Assembly: GCF_001194135.2 (NCBI RefSeq)
Contig: NC_068981.1
Span: 98,669,776-98,731,789, forward strand
Origin: Octopus bimaculoides
Taxonomy: Eukaryota
Direction of reading: 5' to 3'
Length of the DNA: 62,014 nt
Shown here: positions 11,965-24,817 of the stretch, in pieces
How the letters are laid out: every line of letters starts with the position of its first letter
How positions within the stretch are numbered: the stretch's first letter is position 1
Notes under the pieces: generated by a model
The model's input: only the letters and a program-made list of their open reading frames with translations
Databases searched by the model: none
What the model was told of the DNA's origin: nothing
Made by a program: the position numbers and the translations under genes

Positions 11965-14900
11965 CACCTCAATTCTTGGACCTGGTGGCATCTCTGACTA
12001 CATACTTGTTGTGGCCTTGTGTTTCTGTCTACTGCTAACATTTACTGCTGAGTGTCTGCCTTGGTTTAGTGAACATCTACATTGTGTATGATCATCAGAA
12101 TCAGCATTTTTCATGGAATACTTCAAGTATTTTGATGCACTGCTTGTGATCCTGTACTGGAGTAAGTATAAATGCTTTGTGAGTCAATGTTTAGTTAGAG
12201 CAGATGTCATGGGGTCTATCATGTTTATATAATGTTAACAGATTTAATATTCTCGACCCCACTGTATCTGTAAAAATCTTTGTAAACATTTTTATTTATT
12301 TTTACTTCAGTTTTTTTTTTTTCATTTTAAGTCATTTTAATGTTTTATTTTAATTTCTTCAAAATTTAGTTTGAGTTGTCATTGAATATTCTTAGAGAAA
12401 ATTAATTTTATAATGAGTAAAACATGAAAGCATTTTTATATACTTCTCTTCCAAATTATGAGAAAAATCATAGAGATAGTAGCTGAACTGGTTAGTTTAG
12501 TGAATTGTGTTACCTAATGAAGTTAACTAAAATTTACATACTAACTTAATGTCAATGTTTACGATCAGTATTTGAAAGGATTAATTTTCAGGGATTCTAA
12601 TCTCAGATTAACCATTTTGATTCCAAGCTGCCTCTGGTTCACTAATATGAACCTTCCATCATAATTTTATTTAAGAAAATTTCCTAAGTTAAGTTTTAAG
12701 TATCTTAATAATGAAATTAGATATTTTACTAAACTCATTCAAAATTTTTCTATTTGTTTTCAAAATTAATTGAAACACATGAACAGTGTATTTCATTAGA
12801 AATATTATAACAAAACATTGGAATGATCTATTTGAGAACAGGAGATCTGATTGCAACAAAATGATTGACGTCTCTTTTGAGGAAAAAAAGTAATTTTGGT
12901 AATTTGAGGTGTTCTAAACATGTCAGAATTGTTTAATTGCTACTAAAGACAAACCAACACTGGCTAATACAATGAAATAGCTATTAAGTATTAAGAATTA
13001 GTATAATCAAAAGTGCATGAGCATACACGCATACTCATTTAAATATTTGTCTTTTGAAATAGTCAAGACTTTATAAAAACTTTACCTTTTCTTATAAAAT
13101 CATAGGTAAAGCTAATCATTATATATAAATGCTTCTACATTGCATTATAAAGTTAAAGCAAGTTCAAGAAATATTGATATTGTTTATGTATTAGGATTAC
13201 ATAAGACTACTTTATATTCTGTCCTGGTAAACTGTGGGGTTTTGCTTAGATCATTTTCATCCTCAAAGTTGTTTTATAATTCTTTCCAAGAATTTGTAAA
13301 GTAGGAATTACAGTTGTTAGATCAGGAATGCATAAAAAGTCTTTCATTTTTATTTTTGCAGAAGTTCAGGAGTTATTTTAGCAAATTGACATAATTGGTT
13401 CACCACCAAAATTGGGTGATTTTTCAGTCAAACCAAGTGAGTTTGAATTTACACACTTTTAATATAGTCAATTTATTTAATTAGTTAATAATTTTTGAAA
13501 ACCCTCCTACTTTAAGATGTTCTTGCATAATGCAAAAAGGTTAAAAAGCACAAAAAAAAAAAATTTACAAAACTTTGCATTGGTATTTTTCAGAAAATGT
13601 AGTAGTTCCACTGTAAAATTTTTGCTTAACTTAAAATCTTGTCGAGCTACTCTTAAATTGGTTAATACATGTGTTAGAGACTGAACAAAAGCCTTGTAGC
13701 TGTTACAATTCTACATTTCTGCATATATTTTATATTTATGTCTTTTGGATTGAAATCGTTATTTGATCACATCCCACAAAATCAGAATGTTCTTACTCAT
13801 CTGAGGATGATCAAAGAATATTCTGATTTAACTATAAAATGAAAGATGAGAACGTTTAAATCATTAGTAGTCATGTGGTTTGTGAATTTTAGTGGACAGT
13901 TTGTCTAGAAAATTTTTTAGAATAAAATCAAAGCTAGAATCTTCTAAAAAGTAGTGTCAGTGATAACATCTCACATTTTTATAGAAGAATGATGGGCATA
14001 TGTTTTGGGTTAAGGTTAGCTATTGATTCTGCTATTGATCTATAAACTAAAGCTGTGAGCAAAAGATAAGTCATTGGTGAATGATGTAAGGACATAGTGG
14101 ATTAAAATGCAAGCAATAATGATGAAATATTTGCAGAATGGAGGTACTTTTTTTTTTGTAGAAGAAAAACAATTGTTTATTTGCCTTCTTGGGATAAGAA
14201 TATGTAACAAGTATTAATATCAAAAATCTGTAGTAGCTGTAAAGTTGTAATGAAATAATGTTAATGCATTAGTTTGAAATAATATGGTTAAAGAATCAAA
14301 TTACTGGTGGATTTTTGAGTTGGAATTTTAAAATGAAAATACAAAAGTTTGAGCAATATCTATGTAGGAGTTTATGTAAATGTTTAACATGTCGTATTTA
14401 AATACTTTGCTGGTGTTAAAGTTCATTTACTCTGTTTTCAGATGTTTTCTGCTAGTAGATATATTTCAAAATAACCAAATCCTGTTTTGGATATAAACTT
14501 TATTGGTATAACTTTATAAATACATCGACACTCCAAATTGTTTTATGTTTCCCTTGTCAATACTGCACCATACATTCTAGACCACAAATGTTTTACTGAC
14601 CCTACAGAAACAGCACATATAGCTACTCAGTATCTATATTATTGTATACCCTTTAATCTTTGTTGTCTCTTGTTCACAAGATATTATTTGGCAGGAGTAT
14701 ATTACCTTCAAATAGCTAAAAAAAAAAAATGTTATTTCTTTGGTAATTTGTATAACAAATTATTGGGTAAAATGAATATGCCTTAAGTAAAATTTGTTTA
14801 TTTGCAGAACTTGGTGAGCTAACATGTAATCAGATTGTTCTCCTCAGCTCTTTCAGTGATGTTAGCGAATAGATATTGAGTGAGATATGCTTGTATACAA

Positions 14901-15229
14901 TTCTAGTGTCTTTAATTGCACTTGTTATCTAAGAACTATATTCTCCACTTGTTCCTGCCTTATCCAAGCATTTTTCTTCATCGATATGTATCCATCAAGT
15001 TATTAGTATTTTCTAATTAATGATTTGTTTTCTATTTCTTTGTCTCCATAGTAATATTCACAATTATCAACCAACATTTCTTCAAATTCTTTGTTCTTTT
15101 GTAACTCCCAGAAAGGCTTCCATAGACTGAAAATCTAAATCAATGTTAGAGACAAATTTTTAAGAATATTTGTTAAAATCTAAATATCACTTTGCCAGTT
15201 ATTAGATATAACTATGGTGTAACATACCA

Positions 15230-15430
15230 TTTCAAAGCCCAGTAGTTTTAGAGAGAGGGTTAGTTGATTACATCAATCCCAGTACTTGATTGGTACCTTA
15301 TGTTATCGACTCTGAAAGAATGAGTGGCAGAGTTGACTTCGGTGGTATGAGAACTGATAATGTGAAGAGCTGGGAGAAATGCTGCTATTCATTTTGTCCA
15401 CTACGCTAGCAATTCTGCTCACTCACTGCA
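15230..15430 (-). mobile_element. Degenerate tRNA-derived SINE (second family)
   Basis: Reverse complement resembles the 23141-23326 copy (aagtaccaatcaagtactgggattgatg...). Confidence 0.5.
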
Positions 15431-17840
15431 TTATGGTGTAGCATATTAATAACTAAGGTTGGCCTTTAGTTGTCAGCAAAGCTTTTCTACCCTACTCAGA
15501 TGTTCCTCAAAATTCTCTATGGAGGCTATACCCACACTGTCTCTAATTTGTCTAAAGCTTCAGACTCTTCTTTTATCAGTGAAGACTTTTCAAGTAACTT
15601 CCTGTGGTTAAACATTCTAGTAATATCATGACACAGAAATAACTTCTCTAACGATTACATCATAAAATTACTTAGTATTTCACATTTTTAAGATCAATTA
15701 TTCCCAGTGACCCTTTCAGGAATATGTATTTGTGTAATTTTGACATGTAAGAAACATTGTTCATAGCAAAATATGAGTGACACCAATCTCTACAAGACCT
15801 ATTTTAGTTACAGATTAATTTTGCTTAAAATGCTCCCTCTTTTCTTTTCATTTTATGAGATAATAGCCATCTCATAAAACCCCCTTACACATACTATCCT
15901 AACTCTAGTTATAAATGTGCTTACCTTAACTCCAATTACTTTATTGCCTTAGTACCATCCTTTCTAATCCCATATCTATATTAACAAACACCTCTAAACT
16001 GCAGACACATTTTTAGGTCCCTTACACAGTTGTCTCAAAGATCACCTTGCTCATATCATGGATTGTATTCACCTCATCTTTTTACTTCATGCCACCTTTT
16101 GCATTACATTTAGGTATCATACTTCTAACACAACATAGTTGTTATATGGCAAGAATATCACTCTATTGTCAGTAAGTTTTTTAAAGTCCCCTCTATATCT
16201 TTATTATTTCTAGAAGCCAGCACAATAGAAGTCCTTCACTGCATTTAATTCCCCATCAACCCATAAAAAAAACATCACAACACGTAATTCATTCATTAGT
16301 TGCGGTGTTTGCATTGAATTAAATTCTAACATAATGAGTATTCTCCACCACTATTGTTGAACTGGTGTTGGTAGTGGAGCAATATTGCTTAGATGTCCAT
16401 CTTTGATTGAAGTTAATAAGCAAACTCTTCAATTCTTGGATTAATTCTTACAATAAACATCAAGTTAGTTAAAGTAGGTCAAGGAAGACTTAATACAAAA
16501 TAGATAAATGTTTTAGATAAAGGGTTTCCAGTTTTCTGCATGTTGAGGTAGGTGCATTGTTTTAATTACCTCAGTCTGCCCTTGCTGGATATTGTTGCCA
16601 CCCACTCCTTGTAATTAGGTGGTTAGCATGAAATACAGCATTCAACTCTAAATAAAAATATTTTAATTACCAAATTTTCCTGAACATAAAAAAGTAAAAT
16701 AAATTATTAAAAATGATTGATGGGCCATGTGAGTGTGTATAGTTCTCTTTTAACTTGTAACTTTTCTGCTTAGGTAGGTCTAATCACAAAGTAAATTTTG
16801 AAAAAGCAGGACTGCTTAAACATTTAATAGTGAAAGAGAAGTCTGAATTGATATGATGTTAGACTACCATTTGAAAGGGTCAGCAGTTCATCTGTCATCA
16901 GTGCCATGCAGCAATCATGGCTAAGATTCTTAACTCAGATCATATGACTATTGTAAACATCCACAGTAGGAACATTTAATCTTTGTAAGGAACGCTATAG
17001 ATGGGTTGTTTTGTATTAGGTTATGTCTGATTGAGCAGACCTATGATGAAGTGTTCCAGCTATGACCATCTTTTGTTTTTGTATATAAGGACTATATTGT
17101 CCACATTATCCTTTGAAGGAGATTTGGCTGCTGTAGCCAAGCAGTTCCCTTACTGGCTCAGCTGCTATTTCTAGCTGGTCATGTGACTTTGTAGAGGCTT
17201 GTGTCTCAGTAAAGTGGTTGGGAAACAGAAAATATTAATAAAATATCTGGATATTTGCTGATTTATTCTTAATGAAATATCAGGATTTTGTACCATAGTA
17301 TTAAAATTAACCTAATACACAGTGATAAACATTGAAAAATCTGTATTGATAATTTACAAAGAACTTAGGTCTTTGAACAGCTAAAATATTTGTAAAGTTA
17401 TTTCTTTAGTCTGAAGTTGTCAGAATAACATTTCATTCAAGGTTATTTAAACAAATAACATAAAAAATCTTTAATCTAGTTCTACATTTGTTATTAAGGA
17501 TAATATATCAAAGTTAAAGTAACATTAAACATATTGTTTGATGAATTCACAGGTTGATAATATTCAGTAGCATCTCCAATTTAGCAAAACTTAAATTACA
17601 GTAAAATAAAATTGGTAGTTTTTAAGAGATTACTTCAGTTACTCTTTTCATTGATATTATGTCTTTTTTTTAAAAAATTTTATTTAGTTTGTTTTTCATT
17701 TTCAAAATCTACAACTTTTTTTTTAAGTACTCACTACCCCACAGTTAAGTAGAATAAGGAAAACGTTTTAGGTATGTTTATATACGATGATGATGTCGAT
17801 GATAATGAAGTAGTTTATAGATTTTTATTTTATAGTTTTA

Positions 17841-17987
17841 AGGCAATCTTGTGCAACTTGTGGCCTGCAGGAGTTTCTGGATGGCATGCCTAATAAAAAT
17901 TCACCTTGAATTCTTTAGTAGTCTGGCCTACCAGATGATGAGCCATATTTCATGTGGCCTGCTTCTCGAAAAGGTTGCCCATGCCTG
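17841..17987. mobile_element. Degenerate hAT-type MITE
   Basis: Right end gttgcccatgcctg (reverse complement CAGGCATGGGCAAC) resembles hAT/Charlie termini; subterminal ggcc(t/c)gc motifs; left end is degraded. Confidence 0.4.
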
Positions 17988-19928
17988 TTTTAAGGGTTAA
18001 ATTATGTTGCTAGAATTGATTTTGTTAGATTACAAGAGAAGGGTTTTTTTGATACCTCAACTTTTGTGATCAACATACGGTAGTAGTCATTATAGTGAAA
18101 CATCACTGTCACACTGCTGTTTGAAATAGTCTGTTCATGCAACTTCGATTATTTTATTTTTTTTTTAGATAATAACATTTAGTAACATCATTTATTATTT
18201 CTGTACAATATTTGATCCACATTTTTATCAAAATTGCTGGTAGATTGTCAAAGTAACATTTTGCTATAGTAAGTGCTTTTCAATTTCATCATCTTTCATC
18301 TACTTGGATGAGTCTTCTTGAGGACTCATCCAATGAGTCTTCTTACAGCCAAATTTTCTTCCTGATGCCAGCCTTTTAGCTTACTTGTTTACAAATAAGG
18401 TACTTGATTCACATCTTCCCATGTTGAATCAGTGTTACTGGACTCTTAGTCCTGTGAGAGATAAATGTCATCTCTGTTGAAGTAGTGTCAATGCAAAGAT
18501 ACAGGTGGACAAATGCATGTATGCAGGCACACACACGCAATATATGTGACAGGTTTCCATATAGTTTGTCTGTCAAATTTCACTCACAAGGTTTTGGTCA
18601 ACCTGAACTCATGTGGTTGCGAAGCAATCTTCTAGGACCACAGAGTCATACCTGCATCTATTAATAGAGTTGAGAAAGCTGATTTATAGAAAAAAATTAC
18701 CCTAGTATTTGAGTTTAGCTATGGAGGGGACTGTTTTAATTTTTTATTTGGTGAATCAAGTTTACACAATCTCAACACCACACAATATCTAGGTATGCAG
18801 TTGGCTATAAGTTTTACCATTGTCTACTAGGGAAAAAAGGGCCTATAAACTTTATGAGTAAATGTTTACTCTATCCTCTGTCATGTTAATCATGGCACTG
18901 TAATTGAAGAATAGAAGTTTTTCTTCAATTTACAAACAAAATCATCTTAAGCATTACTCATTGGTTCATTGTTAATGTAGGGTTGTGATTAAAAAGGTAA
19001 AATCAGTACGTAAGCTAAAATTCCTTCAGTTTATTTTATTTAAGCATGGAGAAAGCTCTTATCTCACTGATCGAATTTAAGAAGTTTGTACTGTTTAACA
19101 TCTGTTTTTCATGCCTTAATCAGAAGAAAATTGAGGAAGAACTTTAATGGCTGGATGCTTTTCCTGTTGCCAACCTTTTATTCAAGAGGCATTTGAAAAC
19201 AGGGCTAGTGGACAATTTGTGGACAGAAAATGTCACTAGTTGTAACCCAACCAGAAATGATGTCACTGGTTGTTGCTGAGCCACAAATGGTGACATCACA
19301 AGTTATAACTCAGCATAGTTTTGTAAACGTTCATACACACACACACATGACAAGCTTCTTTCAGTTTCCATTTACCAAATTCCCTCACAAGGCATTGCTT
19401 GGCTTGCGGTTATAGTAGAATAAATACACTTGCTCAAGGTGTCATGTGGATTTTGCAATTGATGTGCAGTTTTGTTATTTACTTTCCAAAAAGGCAATGA
19501 TACTCAAAGATATATTGCTGTCATTTGGATTGGTGAAAGTCTTGAATATTGTGTAGATTTTACAGAATAATATATTTTCACTCTTTGATATGAAGTAGAT
19601 GCAATTTAAAGGTAGCTGAATGTTCTGGAAATTTAGTGGAAAACTGGGAAGTATATTAACTTTGAGGTTAGAGTATATTTGTTTAACTATTTGCTTTTGT
19701 AATATTCAGTAAGGTAATAGTATTTTTTAAGACTTATACCTGGTATTTTGGAGGAGCTATAGCTTGTTAGGTTGAAAATTGGTAATAAGTACCATCACTG
19801 TTGACTTCATTTCACAAACTAAATTTTGCTGTTATTACCCCCTTGCATTGCGGTTTCTACTTTTCCACATTCAATTTTACAGCATTTGAGGTGCTTCTAA
19901 TCCTACAGTGCTACTCTTTAATTTTTAG

Positions 19929-20274
19929 GCAGAAATTTCTCTAAACCGTTTTCTTCCTGTGGACCAGTAACATATGAACTCAGAGGAAAAGAAAAGCCAA
20001 TTAAGATATTTGCGAAATGATACCAACATTGCATGTAGCTTTCTCCTAGTTACCAGGACAAAGTGTGGAATAATAATTGCGGCTACTTTTAATAGTTGCC
20101 ATTTGTTAAAACCCCAGAGACTGGTGGCTTGGTTACATTTAACAAATGCCAAGCAATGGCTTCTTAGGTTTTAACAGTACTTTACAACTGCAGAACTGAA
20201 AGTATAATAGACTGCGAGTCACCTGCTATGAAGTCTCCCTATTCCAAAACTCCTGACCCTTGTTCCTGCTCAAG
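19929..20274 (+). other. Second candidate non-coding 5'UTR exon
   Basis: Acceptor ctttaatttttAG at 19927-19928 and consensus donor CAAG|GTAAGT at 20275. Unique sequence with an internal hairpin at 20096-20152. Confidence 0.35.
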
Positions 20275-21536
20275 GTAAGTATTGAGGTGGTCCTCAAGGA
20301 TGGATGGGTTGACTAACTGCTCCATCTTTCACAATATCTCTTTCTTACTCTGCTACTTATTAATTTCTTTCTTTTTGTCCGTATCTAACTAGTTGCTCCC
20401 TATTCCTTTTAAATGTATTCATGAAATAGGCAATGCTAATAGACTCATCACCTCAGATCTTGTTAGAATTGGAAAAGTAAGAAACCCCTTCCTTTCTCCT
20501 CAGTTTCAATATTTTTTCTTAACGGACCTTGACCTTCATCTTTACATTAAGGTAAAAACAAAGATATATAAGTACAGGATCACATGCAGCTTTATTGTTG
20601 TTGTTCTTGTTATACCTTTTTAAGGTTTGGCCTGTTTTTTTAGAATTACTTGATTTTAAAAACTAATGCTTCCTACATTTACTAGCATTTGCTGTTGTGT
20701 TTGTTTGTTTGTTTGTGTATGTGTGTGTATGTCATATATGTATATATGCATACGTACATAGATGATAGAGTTTACAATTTTTGTTAAATGAAGAGATGAG
20801 CAAAAAAGCCTTAAAGGTTCATTTTAGAAACCAATATTCATTTCTTTAAGAATTTTCTCAAATAAAGTCTTCAAAAGTGACTTAGGAAAAATATTCAAGG
20901 TAATCTCTCTCTTTCTTTCTCTCTCTCTTGTGCGTGTGTGTGTGCGTGGAAGTGGATTTGTGTGCACACACAAAACCATTCAATTTTTTTTATATATATC
21001 TTTTGATACACCTAATTCTCAAAAATACAAGAATTAAGCCTTTAAGTAGAAATATCAGATCCTGGTCGTGTTGAGTGACTTAACTTTCTCATTGCTTTGG
21101 AGTTTCCCATCATGTGTTCATCATTTATTGAATATTGGCTTCCATTGAATTCCAGTATTAATAATGTAAGATGTTGGTGTCATTTACTTAAAGAAGCCTG
21201 TTATTAGAAATGAAGTGTTAGTATGAAACTTGTTTTTCAAAACCTTTTTCATTTATTCATTTTTGTAAAAATGGTTTTTTGCTATTTATACAATAACTTT
21301 TAAGGCTGTCACATGAATTGCTGCTCAAAATTACAAATATCTACTGAATTTTTTATTTTGTCACCTAATTTTTAAAAACATTTGTATTTGTATTCAATAA
21401 AATTGTTTTTATTATCTTGATATAATTTTTTCTAAAAGAAATTTACAGTTTTATTTATTGTAATCAATCCTTCACATGCTTTCTGTAGGTAGTTTCATGT
21501 ATGGTAAGGCTAATGTAAGGGCATCTCTCTTTCCAG

Positions 21537-21713
21537 ATGAGGCTTAATTTCTTTGACTAGTTAGCAAGAGAGAGGTGGCTGAGCAGGTCTGTCCGGTTAA
21601 CAGTCCAGCTCTTTAGGAAAGAAGCTGATAGTCAAGCTTGGCTCTTTTATAGCACAGGTCCACAGCTCTGGCTTTAAGCTGTCTCATATCTACAACAAAA
21701 GTGATAAACTGCA
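21537..21713 (+). promoter_or_regulatory. 5'UTR portion of the ATG-bearing exon, with 7-codon uORF (MRLNFFD*, 21537-21560)
   Basis: Branch-point-like CTAAT at 21510-21514, pyrimidine tract tctctctttcc and AG at 21535-21536. The uORF is read directly from the sequence. Confidence 0.55.
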
Positions 21714-22272
21714 ATGGAAGTCCCTGGATCTCCATGCAATGCAGATGACGATGAAGCACAAAACAGCAATGATGAAAACTGTCAGAACCACATACTGCCA
21801 CCATCAACGCAAACGTCCAATCTAACTAATAATAAAAGGTTGTACTTTGACAGTGATGATGGTAGAAAAAACGACATAGACTATGGCTGCACTCCTGAAA
21901 AACGTCCACTAATTATGGCCCCTGTTTCTAGTGTTATTACCTGTGTTGAATCCTATTTAGACTGTGATCGAGAATCTAGACTTCCTAGTGGAGAACATTC
22001 TGCACAAACTTCTCATGTGTTTGAAATCATAGATGATATTGAACTGGATGATGATGGACTGGGTACTGATTTGAGTGCTCGGAGTTATATCTCAAACGGC
22101 CGGGAATCACTTGATCTTTCTAGCGACGATGATGATGAAGAATACTTGGATGATAACGAGGTCTATGCATGGTTGGAAGAGGGGGTTGACTCCCGCAAGT
22201 CTGGATCAGATGGAGAAACAAAAGATGACGGATCACAGGGGCCAATTGAAGTGCAAAAGATTGTTTTAAAAG
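21714..22272 (+). CDS. DGCR8: DGCR8/Pasha coding exon 1 (acidic, low-complexity N-terminus ending ...PIEVQKIVLK)
   Basis: ATG at 21714 (gcaATGG) follows an in-frame TAA at 21705-21707. Open frame to donor AG|GTAAAT at 22273 (phase 1), which splices in frame to the WW-domain exon. Confidence 0.9.
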
Positions 22273-22811
22273 GTAAATTATTATTTTTTTTTTTTTTTTT
22301 CACTTTGAAGTGCCTTTCATCCCCATAAGAAAATTTTATAATTTTTATTAATATTTCTTATCTATTATCTTGTAACTGCATTTCTTTTTAAATTACACAA
22401 CTTTCTTTCAACATCTGCTATGATATCAGATACATGAAAAACTTTGACAATTAATTTTATTCATCATTATTCCTAATTATGAGATCATTGAACTAATAAG
22501 GTTGCTTTTTATATGTATAAACCTATTTACTTTTTAAAGAACCTGCCCTGATTAAAAAAAAATTATGTAAAATTTCTTCTGATTAATACAGTCAGAATTT
22601 ACTAGCTACAACTATAGTTAATTATTTTAATCACAAATATCTTGTGAAATTAACATTAATATTATATTGTATTTAGAGCAAAATTTGGTTAATGATTTTA
22701 TACTGAATTTTAGAATCTATTCAGTTTATACCTGTATCAAACTGAACAGATTTATTTTAATAGTATTTAACAATACCTTTTCTTTTATATAAATAAAATA
22801 TATTGTTTCAG

Positions 22812-22954
22812 AGAGGGGCCATGATCCATTTGACATTCTACCAGAAGGCTGGATAATAGTAACTCATAATAGTGGCATGCCAGTTTATTTGCATAAAGAA
22901 TCAAGAGTATGTACTCTCTCCAAACCATACTTCTTGGGACCTGGTAGTGCCAGA
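22812..22954 (+). CDS. DGCR8: DGCR8/Pasha coding exon 2, WW motif ([48 protein letters not shown])
   Basis: Acceptor tgtttcAG, donor GTAAGT, 143 nt, phase 1 to 0. The translation closely matches the DGCR8 WW segment LPxGW...HNSGxPVYLHxESRV...SxPYFLGxGS. Confidence 0.97.
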
Positions 22955-23140
22955 GTAAGTATATATACATACATACATACATTTTATTTTTGCAGGCTTT
23001 TATGACTTATTACTTAATTTGGCTTCATACTATTCTGTGCTTTTTTTTTTTTTTTTTAATAAAAACAAAACTTTCCTGTGAGAGGCAAATAACATTACTT
23101 TTATATAAATTTTAATTTATTAATATTATACTCTTCGAAA

Positions 23141-23326
23141 GGTACTGAGCTGGCAGAATTGTAAGCGTGCCAAGCTAAATGCTTAGTGGCATTTTGTCTG
23201 TCTATACATTTCTGAGTTCAAATTCCTCTTGAGGTCAGTAAAATAGTACCAGTTGAGTACTGGGGTCGATGCATTTGGCTTACCCCCTGCCCTGAAGTTT
23301 CTAGCCTTGTGCCAAAATTTGAAACC
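23141..23326 (+). mobile_element. tRNA-derived SINE (second family)
   Basis: A-box-like gagctggcagaatt, B-box-like gagttcaaattcc, body agtaccagttgagtactggggtcgat. Confidence 0.65.
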
Positions 23327-24239
23327 AATACTGTACTCTTCTAAGTATGGTTAGTACAAGGGTTTTGACTTTTTATGTAGCAAGTTGTCTAAGACATAAG
23401 GCAATTACTGTTTACTTTTGGGGTTCTCTTGGAAAGAAAAGGTGTAGAGGAATTGTAAAGTGTTTTTATGTCTTTTATATGGATGAGGTGCTCTGGATAA
23501 AAAAAATCTAATGTAAGGTTTGATGCTAAAAAGATGTTATGCTGTATGGTAGGAATGGAATAATATTGGCTAGTATAATGACAAAAAAAAGTCATGAAGA
23601 GACAACACAGAATTGTTTTGACAGTGCTAAAATCTTAAGGCTTTCAAAATAGGTGTTAGTGTTGTAGCTATTCATGAGCAACTTTCAGCAAATAATTTTG
23701 TTTAGAGCACAAAGAGTTTGAACTCATGCACTTACTGCAATCTATCTATCTTTACATTTTTTGTGATAATTACACATTAAAAAAGATTACTTGTATATTT
23801 GAAAACATACTGCAGGACTTGGGTTTTGTTCTTGGTCAGAGTAGATGGTGCTCCTTGTTTCAATGTTTCCACCATGTCAGTGGGTTAGTATTTACAAATG
23901 ATGTTATTGTGAAATGATTCAATCATTTTGGTCACGTATCTGAATGGCTCCTATTTAATCCTTTAAAGTTTTATGATTTATTTAGCCTACCTTAGCAAAA
24001 CATATATCTACTTGTTTAAGCCCCTGGAACAGAAAAAAGGTTACATTGCTATTCAAGTGTTTAGAAACACATTAAATTATAAAAGCTTACACCGTTACAG
24101 TATGCAACAATATGCCAGATATATTGTTGCATACTGCAACAGCAAAAGCCTTGATACCCTATAGAAAATGAATCTTTAAAAGAAAACAGTACAATGATCC
24201 TAGAATAGTTGCTGGCAATCATTTCAGTTGATCGTTTAA

Positions 24240-24432
24240 CCCTTTAGCATTTAAACCATCCATAACTGACTCAAATATTCTACCTTTCTTTTGTTCAAAC
24301 CTGCCAATGTTATTCTAAAAATAAACAATCACATCATCAAAATCTCAAAGCTATGAGATAATGCATGAATAATGCAAAGTAATGTGAATAAATAACTATT
24401 AAATTTTACAGAGTAATCTGAATGCAAAAGGG
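24240..24432. mobile_element. piggyBac-type MITE copy 1
   Basis: TTAA|CCCTTTAGCATT ... AATGCAAAAGGG|TTAA: TTAA target duplication and CCCTTT terminal inverted repeats. Confidence 0.8.
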
Positions 24433-24817
24433 TTAAATTTTACAATGAGATGTTTTAGTAAAAAGTCTAATGTTTGTCTGAATGAGTTAAATACTAGTCT
24501 GTGTCATGAGTTGTAATCTAGTCATAGACAATGTATTGTGCATTTGACTGGGTCTTAATTAATATTCAACTGAATTTAAATAAGTAACACAATTGCTCTC
24601 TATTTAAGTTACGAAAGAGCAACAGATTCAGCCATTTTTGTCACATATCTGAACTGCTTCTCTTTAATCTTATAGAATTTTATGATTTATTTAGCCTACC
24701 CTAAATTGTGTCTTAAATTAACACTTAATAGTGTCTAATATTATTGCTTATGATGTCTAAGTTGAGAATATTAACAATTAATTTCTTTACTTTTGTATTT
24801 TGTTTCTATTTTGCTAG

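Larger units (their letters stand above)
11714..12161 (+). other. Candidate non-coding 5'UTR exon of DGCR8/Pasha; structured, GC-richer island
   Basis: Acceptor cattgttattcAG at 11712-11713, donor GTAAGT at 12162 (alternative GTGAGT at 12179). Composition differs from the AT-rich flanks, no repeat family recognised, two long hairpins inside. Confidence 0.5.

Noticed and set aside
14808-14813. Possible 6-nt microexon (tttgcAG-AACTTG-GTGAGC)
   Set aside because: Such AG/GT juxtapositions arise by chance, it lies upstream of the CDS, and nothing else supports it.
21489-21536. Alternative acceptor at 21487-21488 for the ATG exon
   Set aside because: The 21535-21536 site has a better pyrimidine tract and a branch-point-like CTAAT. 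The alternative is not excluded but is not called.
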